This document shows, one piece after another, positions 45,026 through 52,930 of a stretch of DNA of 62,034 nt. How positions within the stretch are numbered: the first letter of the stretch is position 1; the number at the start of each line of letters is the position of its first letter. The DNA is from Dehalococcoidia bacterium. Lineage in GTDB: Bacteria; Chloroflexota; Dehalococcoidia; GIF9; UBA5629. Below the pieces are notes generated by a model, which was given only the letters and a program-made list of their open reading frames with translations, made no database searches and was not told the origin of the DNA. The DNA lies in NCBI GenBank assembly GCA_034429855.1, contig DAOUFT010000111.1, positions 1 to 62,034 of the forward strand, in the 5' to 3' direction. The translations under genes were made by a program, and so were the position numbers.

Positions 45026-45706
45026 ATGCTAACTTATAGCGTGATATTCGATTTCCACTCCCACACATTTAACAGCGATGGCGCACTTTCCACTCTGGAG
45101 TTGATCAGACGTGCCGTGGTGAAAGGATATGCAGCTATCGCTGTAACCGATCATATAGGAGCCGGCGCATTGGAAAGGGTTATAAAAGAAGTCAGCAGGG
45201 ATTGTGAACTGGCCAGCGCTCACTGGAATATTAAAGCAGTGCCCGGTGTCGAATTGACGCATGTTCCACCACGGGCTATAGATGCTCTGGCATGCAGGGC
45301 CAGACAAGTGGGAGCAAGGCTGGTTGTGGTTCATGGTGAATCGCCTGTTGAGCCGGTTGAGGAGGGGACAAACCTCGCTGCTGTTAAGTCGAAATATGTC
45401 GATATACTGGCACATCCCGGCCATATGACCGCTGAGGTTGCAGAGCTGGCCGTAAAAAATGGAGTTTTTATTGAGATTACCACAAGACGGGGTCACTGTG
45501 TTACGAATGCGCATGTGGCTAAAATGGCCCGTAAGGCGGGGTCACTGATGTTGCTCAACTCGGACAGCCATTGTGAGGACGATCTGCTTACGGTTGCCCT
45601 GGCAAGGGATACTCTCGAGCAAGCCGGCATCAACAATCGGGAAATAGATCAGATATTGGAAGCCAACCCGGAGAAATTACTCCGGAGGCTCAAACGGCGA
45701 TCCTGA
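45026..45706 (+). CDS. PHP-domain (histidinol-phosphatase-like) metal-dependent phosphoesterase
   Basis: ATG 45026 gives MLTYSVIFDFHSHTFNSDG..., 226 aa. His-rich PHP motifs (HSH, TDH, HG). The upstream part of ORF 44900.. overlaps the divergent USP gene. Confidence 0.75.
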   Translation: MLTYSVIFDFHSHTFNSDGALSTLELIRRAVVKGYAAIAVTDHIGAGALERVIKEVSRDCELASAHWNIKAVPGVELTHVPPRAIDALACRARQVGARLVVVHGESPVEPVEEGTNLAAVKSKYVDILAHPGHMTAEVAELAVKNGVFIEITTRRGHCVTNAHVAKMARKAGSLMLLNSDSHCEDDLLTVALARDTLEQAGINNREIDQILEANPEKLLRRLKRRS

Positions 45707-45729
45707 AAAAGTGTGCCGGGATTTTTAGT

Positions 45730-45873
45730 TTAGCTCTTGCCGATACGGTATACCTTGGTTCCGCAGATCGGGCAAACGCCTTTAGTCGCCGGCCTTCCAT
45801 TCTTCAGTTTTACATGCACAGGATTCTTGATCTCTACCTTTTTCCTGTCCTTGAAGCAGTAAGCCTGGGTCAT
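45730..45873 (-). CDS. DUF5679-like 47-aa micro-protein (zinc-ribbon-like)
   Basis: Not in the ORF track. AGGAGG lies 6 nt upstream of ATG 45873. Translation: MTQAYCFKDRKKVEIKNPVHVKLKNGRPATKGVCPICGTKVYRIGKS. Matches my memory of DUF5679 proteins. Confidence 0.7.
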   Translation of the reverse strand: MTQAYCFKDRKKVEIKNPVHVKLKNGRPATKGVCPICGTKVYRIGKS

Positions 45874-45911
45874 GGAGCACCTCCTGAAGCTATTTTATAG
45901 CTCTTAAGGCT

Positions 45912-45940
45912 AATATAGCCAATCAGGTTAGGTATGTCAA
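45912..45940 (-). promoter_or_regulatory. sigma70-like promoter for the DUF5679 gene
   Basis: Minus strand: TTGACA (45940-45935), 17-nt spacer, TATATT (45917-45912). Confidence 0.55.
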
Positions 45941-45977
45941 GCAAACTGGCATAGAAGGAGAAGAATATACGATGGTT

Positions 45978-46880
45978 TCACAGATTGAATACTTTATGCG
46001 GATGCCACAGGCCATTTGCGGCCGCGAATTTCATAACGGCCAGCAGTCGACCGTCCTGCGTGTAGGCTGAGCAATAGTCTGTCGAGTAGGGATCGTGAAC
46101 ATCAATTGCAATATCGAGGCCTTTCAATACGCTTGCAGCCTGCTGGTCGTCGAGATATATCCTGTTGCCCATTGTCAGTGCAAAGTCCATAGGCAGAAGC
46201 AGTTGTTCCAGGCGTCCTTCCGCCGCTGCTTCATCTAACTGCTGGGGGGTGAATGCAGCCTCAATGTTGAAAGGCCCGTATGCGGTACGTTCCAGATTTT
46301 TAAGATAACCGTAGCAGCCGAGCTTTATGCCCAGGTCATTTGCCAACGATCGCATATAGGTGCCTTTTGAACAGGACACATTCAATGTCAGGTAGGGCAG
46401 GTCAAAAGCCGTTATTTCGATTTGATATATATGGACATTGCGCGGTTTAAGAGCAACTTGTTGACCTGCCCTGGCCAGCGCATATGACTTTCTCCCCCGG
46501 ATTTTAACTGCGCTGAAGGCCGGCGGCACCTGTTCTATTCTTCCTAAGAACGACAGGAGCGCTTCTTCCACAGACTTGCGGGATATACCCTGCATCGAGC
46601 CGTGGGCGATGATATGGCCTTCACTATCATATGTATCGGTGCTTGCGCCCAGCTCGATACAGGCCAGATATTGCTTGGGGTAATCCAGCATGTATTCAGC
46701 TAAGCGAGTGGCCTGACCCAGACAAACGGGTAAAACACCACTGGCGGCTGGATCGAGTGTGCCGGCATGGCCGACGCGCCTTTCGCCGCTCAGTCGTCGC
46801 AGGCCGGCTACTATGCTGAATGATGAGCAGCCGGCGGGCTTATTTACGTTTAGTAGCCCGTTTAAGCCCATCCGCCCCAC
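45978..46880 (-). CDS. truB: tRNA pseudouridine(55) synthase
   Basis: 300 aa, GLLNVNKPAGCSS and HAGTLDPAASGVL (catalytic Asp) motifs. Overlaps the rbfA 3' end, so the exact start is uncertain. Confidence 0.92.
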   Translation of the reverse strand: MGRMGLNGLLNVNKPAGCSSFSIVAGLRRLSGERRVGHAGTLDPAASGVLPVCLGQATRLAEYMLDYPKQYLACIELGASTDTYDSEGHIIAHGSMQGISRKSVEEALLSFLGRIEQVPPAFSAVKIRGRKSYALARAGQQVALKPRNVHIYQIEITAFDLPYLTLNVSCSKGTYMRSLANDLGIKLGCYGYLKNLERTAYGPFNIEAAFTPQQLDEAAAEGRLEQLLLPMDFALTMGNRIYLDDQQAASVLKGLDIAIDVHDPYSTDYCSAYTQDGRLLAVMKFAAANGLWHPHKVFNL

Positions 46881-47232
46881 TTTTTTTATCCTCCGCCGTA
46901 ACCCTGTCGATCAGATTGATGAGGTTGACGCCGTATTCAATGGAGTCGTCGAATTCGAAGCTGAGTTCGGGCGTGACCCTGGTATTAAGACGGTGGGCCA
47001 GCTCACGCCTCATATAGCCCGCAGCCGAGGTAAAGCCCTTCAGTACCTCATCCCGGTCAAGCGGGCTTCCAAGTGTACTGATGGATACACGGGCGTTTTT
47101 AAGATCGCTGGAGACCTCGACTGCTGTTACGCTGATCAGACAGTTGAGGCGGGGATCGTTGATATGCTTGCGTAGCAGGTCGCTGATCTCAATCTGGATT
47201 AAATGATTTAGACGTTCTGTACGTCTGGTCAT
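46840..47232 (-). CDS. rbfA: ribosome-binding factor A
   Basis: 130 aa, R..R....I..EIS.LL......DPRL pattern. Sits at the infB-rbfA-truB position. Confidence 0.92.
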   Translation of the reverse strand: MTRRTERLNHLIQIEISDLLRKHINDPRLNCLISVTAVEVSSDLKNARVSISTLGSPLDRDEVLKGFTSAAGYMRRELAHRLNTRVTPELSFEFDDSIEYGVNLINLIDRVTAEDKKSGADGLKRATKRK

Positions 47233-47291
47233 GGCATTCTCCGTAGTAGTATTTAAGCCCGGGAATCAGCAGCTATTAATGCAAACCGTGG

Positions 47292-49061
47292 TCAGTCCAC
47301 CTTTTCCTGGCGGACGAACTGAAGGATATCGCCGACCTCGAAATCGTTGAAGCTGTCAAGTTTCACGCCGCACTCCAGCCCCGTCCCCACCTCTTTTACA
47401 TCATCTTTGAAGCGTCGCAATCCGGATACTTTGGATTCGGCAATAACCTTGCCTCCGCGGCTGACCCTGACCAGCGAATCTCTGGTGGCCCTGCCCTCTT
47501 TTATCTGTGAGCCGGCAATCTTGCCTTTCTTGCCTGCCTCGAATACGGCTCGTACTTCCGCCTGTCCTACCACTACATCAATATATTCAGGTTCAAGCAG
47601 GCCTTTAAGGGCCTTCTCAACATCTTCAATCAGTTTATAAATCACATTATACTGGCGGACGCTGATCTTCTCCTGCTCGGCCATGCGTATGGCGCCTGTC
47701 TCAGGCTTGCTGTTAAACCCTATCACTACCGCCCGGGAGGCTGCTGCCAGCAGTATGTCGCTCTCCGTAATGGCGCCTGTACCTGTATGGATGACCTTAA
47801 CCCGGGTCTTGTCATTGCTCAAGCGCTCTAGCGAATCTTTAATGGGCTCGATGCTGCCGTGCACGTCGGTCTTAAGGATGATATTCAGCTCCTTTATCTC
47901 TCCCGCACTGGCCTGAGCAGCCACCGACGTAAGACTGACGCCCCTGGCCGAGGTTGTGGTAAGCCCTGCGTTCCGGTTTTTCTCGATCAGGGCTTTGGCT
48001 TCTTTCTCATCCCCTACAACCTGAAAGATCTGCCCGGCATCGGGCACGGAATTCATGCCCAAAATCTCAACCGGTGTTGCCGGCTCTGCTTTACGCATGT
48101 TCTTGCCATCGTCATCGAACATAGCCTTGATTTTCCCGCTTACGGTGCCTATAACAAGGTTATCACCCGTTTTAAGGATGCCTTTTTGCACCAGCAGCGT
48201 CGCTAACGGGCCGCGGTTTTTATCGAGCTTGGCTTCAATAACGATGCCTTCCGCGGGGCAGTCAACCTCCGCCTTAAGCTCCAGAATATCGGCAACCAGC
48301 AGAAGGTTTTCCAGCAGGTCATCGATGCCCTGTTTCTTCTTGGCAGAAACAGGCACGCAGATTACATCGCCGCCCCATTCCTCGAGAACAACACCCAGGT
48401 CAGCCAGCTGCTGTTTGATACGTTCAGGATTGGCATTTGGCTTGTCGATTTTATTAAGCGCGATTACGATATTTACACCCGCCGCCCGCGCGTGGTCCAG
48501 CGCCTCTATAGTCTGTGGCATGACTCCGTCATCTGCGGCCACCACCAGGACAGCTATGTCTGTGGCTCTGGCGCCCCTGGCACGCATGGCGGTGAAGGCT
48601 TCGTGACCGGGAGTATCGAGGAATGTGATCTTGCGACCTTTCATCTCTACCTGGTAAGCGCCTATATGCTGGGTAATGGCGCCGGCCTCTCCGGCTGCGA
48701 CATTAGTCTGACGGATTGCATCCAGCAGACTTGTTTTACCGTGATCTACATGACCCATAATGGTGATTACCGGCGGGCGGGTATGCAGTTTGGCGCTCAA
48801 TGGGGACGATTTCTTACTGCTCTGGGTGCTGACAAGCAGCTTTCTTGCGGTAAAGCCGAAGTCAGCCACCAGTTTTGAAGCGACTTCGTAATCTAAGGAC
48901 TGGTTAATATTGGCCATGATGCCGGTACGCATCAGCTGCTTGATTATCTCAATACCGCTCACGCCGATCTGATCGGCAAGCTGCTTGACGGTTATTACCG
49001 GAGGTAATCCTATCTGCGGAGTATTGGACGCATTGTCGGCCGGCGCCTGTTCCTTTTTCAT
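47292..49061 (-). CDS. infB: translation initiation factor IF-2 (short N-terminus)
   Basis: 589 aa with G-domain motifs GHVDHGKTS, DTPGH and NKID. Confidence 0.96.
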   Translation of the reverse strand: MKKEQAPADNASNTPQIGLPPVITVKQLADQIGVSGIEIIKQLMRTGIMANINQSLDYEVASKLVADFGFTARKLLVSTQSSKKSSPLSAKLHTRPPVITIMGHVDHGKTSLLDAIRQTNVAAGEAGAITQHIGAYQVEMKGRKITFLDTPGHEAFTAMRARGARATDIAVLVVAADDGVMPQTIEALDHARAAGVNIVIALNKIDKPNANPERIKQQLADLGVVLEEWGGDVICVPVSAKKKQGIDDLLENLLLVADILELKAEVDCPAEGIVIEAKLDKNRGPLATLLVQKGILKTGDNLVIGTVSGKIKAMFDDDGKNMRKAEPATPVEILGMNSVPDAGQIFQVVGDEKEAKALIEKNRNAGLTTTSARGVSLTSVAAQASAGEIKELNIILKTDVHGSIEPIKDSLERLSNDKTRVKVIHTGTGAITESDILLAAASRAVVIGFNSKPETGAIRMAEQEKISVRQYNVIYKLIEDVEKALKGLLEPEYIDVVVGQAEVRAVFEAGKKGKIAGSQIKEGRATRDSLVRVSRGGKVIAESKVSGLRRFKDDVKEVGTGLECGVKLDSFNDFEVGDILQFVRQEKVD

Positions 49062-49378
49062 GTGGTACTAACCTTCTTTATCAGACCTCTACCGTATTCA
49101 AGCAGCAGAAGACGGTTGTCTGCAGATAATTTTATACGCAATCCATGCTCAATGCGATTGCCGATCAATCCTTTTTCCCAGCAGTCGCTTGAAAGGCAAA
49201 GATAGACGCCGCGTCCCGGCTTTTTACCTTTAGGATCGGCTTCTACAACTTCACCTGAACGTACCAGACGGACGAGTTCACGCTTTCCCGCCTTTCGCCT
49301 GCATGCGATGCAGGTGCGCTCCGGAATATGTTTAATGCGCGTTTGATGCGGCTTGCGATCAGGCTTCAAAGTCTTCAT
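49058..49378 (-). CDS. ylxR: YlxR (DUF448) family RNA-binding protein
   Basis: 106 aa with the ERTCIACRRK...GRGVYLC motif. Lies between nusA and infB and overlaps both. Confidence 0.88.
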   Translation of the reverse strand: MKTLKPDRKPHQTRIKHIPERTCIACRRKAGKRELVRLVRSGEVVEADPKGKKPGRGVYLCLSSDCWEKGLIGNRIEHGLRIKLSADNRLLLLEYGRGLIKKVSTT

Positions 49379-50801
49379 CTTCGTAATATGTTTTCTTCTT
49401 GGCTTTGGTTTTCTTGGCCTTTATACCGGCGTCCTTGCCCTCCTGCTCCTTCTTGGTTGGTACCTTCTTTCTAGATTTTCCATCTCTGCTGGCCATGATT
49501 TCCTCGGCAAAGCGGATCTTGGACGGGTGCTGAGGCCCAGCCGCCTCAACAGACATTAGAATATCGATACCCAAACCTTCCGGTTGCCCTTCGCCTACTG
49601 CTGCGGCCACCGGTAGCTCAGCTCCAGGCTCCATTTCCTCCGCGATAATGGGTTCCTCCCCGGTCTCCTCAATGGGCACAGGGATATCAGCTTCCACCTC
49701 CTCCACAGGCTGCTCGGCAAACTCGGGCTCGGCCGTTTCTTCTTTTTGCGCGGCTTTCTCAGCTTCCAATTCTGAGGCGCTCTTGATATCGATGCGCCAC
49801 CCAGTCAACTTGGCAGCAAGGCGTACATTCTGCCCCTCCTTGCCTATAGCCAGGGAAAGATGCTTGTCAGGTACCTTGACCAGAGCAGTGGTCTCGGGGA
49901 CATTAAGCGTAACGCTTAATACTTGGGCCGGGCTGAGGGCGTTGGCAATAAAAACGCGAGGATCATCCGACCACTGTACCACGTCAATTTTTTCGCCGTT
50001 CAGCTCATTAACGATGTTCTGTATTCGTATCCCCCGCAATCCGACGCAGCAACCAACCGGATCAATGCCGCTCTGGCGCGAGAAAACGGCTACTTTGCTG
50101 CGATAGCCGGCCTCTCTGGCCACTCCCTTGATCTCCACCGTGCCTGCTGCTATTTCGGGTATCTCGAGTATCAGCAGGTCCCTCAGCAAGTTGCGATGCG
50201 CCCTGGAGGCAATCACCTGTGGGCCCCTGGTGGTACGCGCAACCTCGACAATATAAAGCTTCAGGCGTTGACCTTGGCGGTAGCGCTCGGTAGGAGATTT
50301 TTCATTCTGGGGAATGATCGCTTCCGTTTTGCCGATATCGATTACGATATGATCGGGGGTGACGCGCTGTACAGTGCCAGTTACGATCTCTCCCTCTTTC
50401 CCTACGTACTCCTCATAGATAGCGCCTCGTTCCGCATCATGCAGCTTCTGTAGAATCACCTGCTTGGCGATCTGTGCGGGTATGCGGCCTGCATTGGGGG
50501 GAGGCAGCTCGATAACCATTGTATCCCCGACCTTGAGAGTCTTGTCTTTCTTCTTGGCCTCTTTAAGTGAGATCTCGCGGTACACGTCTTCGGGAGTTTC
50601 GGAGACCACTTTTTTCATGGTGAGCTTGACCTCACCTGATACCGGGTGGATTTTGACGGTAATATCCTCGCCGTGAGTGAACGATTCTTTGCGATAGGCT
50701 GAAACCATGGCTGATTCCAGCGCAGTCAGAACTATTTCCTTGGGCAGATTTTTTTCTGCCGCAAGCTGCATGAGGGCATTCATAAACTCGGTCTTTACCA
50801 T
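49359..50801 (-). CDS. nusA: transcription termination/antitermination factor NusA
   Basis: ATG 50801 lies 10 nt after GAGGGAG. The track start 50810 is a TTG 1 nt after the SD. The protein has NTD, S1 and two KH domains, then a ~140-aa acidic and Lys-rich tail. Confidence 0.93.
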   Translation of the reverse strand: MVKTEFMNALMQLAAEKNLPKEIVLTALESAMVSAYRKESFTHGEDITVKIHPVSGEVKLTMKKVVSETPEDVYREISLKEAKKKDKTLKVGDTMVIELPPPNAGRIPAQIAKQVILQKLHDAERGAIYEEYVGKEGEIVTGTVQRVTPDHIVIDIGKTEAIIPQNEKSPTERYRQGQRLKLYIVEVARTTRGPQVIASRAHRNLLRDLLILEIPEIAAGTVEIKGVAREAGYRSKVAVFSRQSGIDPVGCCVGLRGIRIQNIVNELNGEKIDVVQWSDDPRVFIANALSPAQVLSVTLNVPETTALVKVPDKHLSLAIGKEGQNVRLAAKLTGWRIDIKSASELEAEKAAQKEETAEPEFAEQPVEEVEADIPVPIEETGEEPIIAEEMEPGAELPVAAAVGEGQPEGLGIDILMSVEAAGPQHPSKIRFAEEIMASRDGKSRKKVPTKKEQEGKDAGIKAKKTKAKKKTYYEDEDFEA

Positions 50802-50831
50802 CGTTGCCAAACTCCCTCAATATGCATTTTT

Positions 50832-50866
50832 TCTCAATAAAAAAGTGGGTACAAGGACCCACTTTT
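50832..50866 (-). terminator. intrinsic terminator-like hairpin in the nusA leader (or terminator of the upstream reductase gene)
   Basis: Minus-strand RNA: AAAAGUGGGU-CCUUGU-ACCCACUUUU followed by UUAUU. Ends about 18 nt before the nusA SD. Confidence 0.6.
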
Positions 50867-50890
50867 CGGACAAGTATTGAATTCACTCAA

Positions 50891-50919
50891 ATAGTATCAC
50901 ATTTTTAATTGAAATGCAA
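50891..50919 (-). promoter_or_regulatory. sigma70-like promoter candidate for the nusA operon
   Basis: Minus strand: TTGCAT (50919-50914), 17-nt spacer, TACTAT (50896-50891). Lies upstream of the hairpin. Confidence 0.45.
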
Positions 50920-50976
50920 ACGCTGCCCATACAATAGCCTGCCGGTCAACGCCGGCCTGCAGCTGAGGAGAGTATA

Positions 50977-52158
50977 TTAAGATAAAGAGGGCGGTGGGAA
51001 TAGCCTGAATTTCTCAAGCGAACGTTGAAGAGAACGGTGCCTGATTGCATCCAGTATTACTTTACCATGCCAGTCGAAGTTAATGTCCGGAGATGTAAGC
51101 AGCGACTCGTGTATACCGTGGCGCAGGATGACCTGGAAGATGTGTTCGGCCTGCTTGTCTGTAAGGCTCTGGTAAAAGCGGTGCGCCCAATAGTCTATGT
51201 CAAGCTCGTGTTTAAGTATTTTATGCCAGCGTTTTTGATAAAGTGCTAACCGTCGGCTTGAGAGATCATCATCCTTGAGCGATTCATCAAGGGTTTGTAC
51301 GGCCTTTTCTGCGCAAAGGAGGCCGAAATAAATCCCACCTCCCGTTGTAGGCTTGGTCTGCCCTGCGGCATCTCCCACTACCACTGTCCGCTGACCGTAG
51401 GTTTTAGCCAGCGGCCTGAGCGGGATGGAGCCGTAACTGATGCCATATTTGGGGGGCAGTATTTTCCCCCGGGATTCCAAATATTTTAAAAAACCTGCTA
51501 TCGATGGTACAGGATTTCTGTTGCTCAATAGCCCGGCCTTGGCTCTGCCGCGAACCGTGGGCACCAGCCAGGCAAAGAACCCTGGCGCTATGTGCTTCCC
51601 TGAATATACCTCTACCTCATCGATACTCCTGCAGGGTACTTCCACCTGGGCGCCGTATGCAAACTCGCGTATATTGCCCAGGCCGATCTGCTTTATTAAA
51701 CCCGGGGCCGTGCCACAGGCAATCACACAGGCCCGGGCAGACAGCTCAATTGGCTTTGCATCACAAGCAGCCTTAATATAAATGCTGCGTTCGTCGCTAT
51801 GCAGCGCGGTTGCAGCAGTGGAGAAGAAGTACTCAGCTCCCAGTTGCGAGGCCTGTTCGGCTATCAAACGGTCGAGCATCGGGCGGTCAAGAATATAAGC
51901 CTGAGTTCCCTCACGTTCAATTCTGATGCGGTTGCCTTCCGGAGAAAAGATAGTTGCCGACCTCGCCTCTTTCTGAATGGCGCTGTCTGAGCCCTGCAGC
52001 AAATCGAGACAGGCCTGGCTTATAATGCCTGTGCAGCTTGTTTTATGGCCAGGTTCCGCATGCTTTTCCAGCACTGCCACATAATGTCCCAGGCGGGCAA
52101 GCGCCCTTGCTGTATAGCTGCCGACAATGCCGGCGCCGATCACAACGACGTCATACAT
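50977..52158 (-). CDS. geranylgeranyl reductase-family FAD-dependent oxidoreductase
   Basis: 393 aa with dinucleotide fold MYDVVVIGAGIVGS, a Cys-containing KTSCTG loop and VGDAAGQTKPTTGGGI. Confidence 0.8.
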   Translation of the reverse strand: MYDVVVIGAGIVGSYTARALARLGHYVAVLEKHAEPGHKTSCTGIISQACLDLLQGSDSAIQKEARSATIFSPEGNRIRIEREGTQAYILDRPMLDRLIAEQASQLGAEYFFSTAATALHSDERSIYIKAACDAKPIELSARACVIACGTAPGLIKQIGLGNIREFAYGAQVEVPCRSIDEVEVYSGKHIAPGFFAWLVPTVRGRAKAGLLSNRNPVPSIAGFLKYLESRGKILPPKYGISYGSIPLRPLAKTYGQRTVVVGDAAGQTKPTTGGGIYFGLLCAEKAVQTLDESLKDDDLSSRRLALYQKRWHKILKHELDIDYWAHRFYQSLTDKQAEHIFQVILRHGIHESLLTSPDINFDWHGKVILDAIRHRSLQRSLEKFRLFPPPSLS

Positions 52159-52213
52159 GGTTGCACCTTAATAACTCGCCTGAGAGAACAACGGCGGCTG
52201 GCCAAAATATGTA

Positions 52214-52930
52214 TTATGCCGGGTTTAATCCACCGAACCTGCGCTGGCGTGTGCCGTAGGCCGTCAGTGCTTTCTCAAGCTCGGCACGGCCGAAGTCAGG
52301 CCAAAGAACCGGCGTGAAATATAGCTCGGCATAGGCCGATTGCCAAATAAGGAAGTTGCTTATTCGCATCTCTCCGCCCGTCCTTATGAAAAGGTCAGGA
52401 TCCGGCATGCCGGCCGTATATAGGTAATTCGAGAAAAGGCTCTCGTCAAGGCTGTCGGGCTTAATCTTCTTGCGTATGATTTGCCGGGCTGCATTGACTA
52501 TCTCGCTTCTGCCCCCGTAATTGAAAGCAACATTGACCGTGAGGCCCGAGTTATTGCGGGTTTTTTCGATAGCGGCCCTGGCTTTCCTGCGGATTTCCTC
52601 GGGCAGCCGGTCTTCCATGCCCAGGTGACGGATGCGTATGTTGTGCTGGTGAGCTATCTGTACCGCCCGGTCGAGGTTCTCGGAGAGGAGTTTGATTATG
52701 CCGTCGACTTCCGCCTTGGGCCTGTTCCAGTTTTCAGTTGAAAAGGCGTATAGAGTCAGGTAAGGGATGTTATATTCGGTAAATACCTCCACGAAATCTC
52801 GCGCATGAAGTGCCCCTTGTTTATGGCCGTACAGGCGCGGTTTATGCCTGCGGGTGGCCCACCTGCCATTTCCATCCATCACGATGGCTACATGCTGCGG
52901 CAGATTGCCTTTTTCAGCAGGACGGATCAA
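52214..52930 (-). CDS. uppS: isoprenyl transferase (undecaprenyl-diphosphate synthase family, cis-prenyltransferase)
   Basis: 238 aa, HVAIVMDGNGRWA, FSTENW.RP and RTGGE.R.SNFL.WQ motifs. Confidence 0.93.
   Translation of the reverse strand: MIRPAEKGNLPQHVAIVMDGNGRWATRRHKPRLYGHKQGALHARDFVEVFTEYNIPYLTLYAFSTENWNRPKAEVDGIIKLLSENLDRAVQIAHQHNIRIRHLGMEDRLPEEIRRKARAAIEKTRNNSGLTVNVAFNYGGRSEIVNAARQIIRKKIKPDSLDESLFSNYLYTAGMPDPDLFIRTGGEMRISNFLIWQSAYAELYFTPVLWPDFGRAELEKALTAYGTRQRRFGGLNPA

Noticed and set aside
50632-50886. 84-aa minus-strand ORF overlapping the nusA start and leader
   Set aside because: It is out of frame with nusA, runs through the terminator hairpin, and has no SD and no recognisable sequence.
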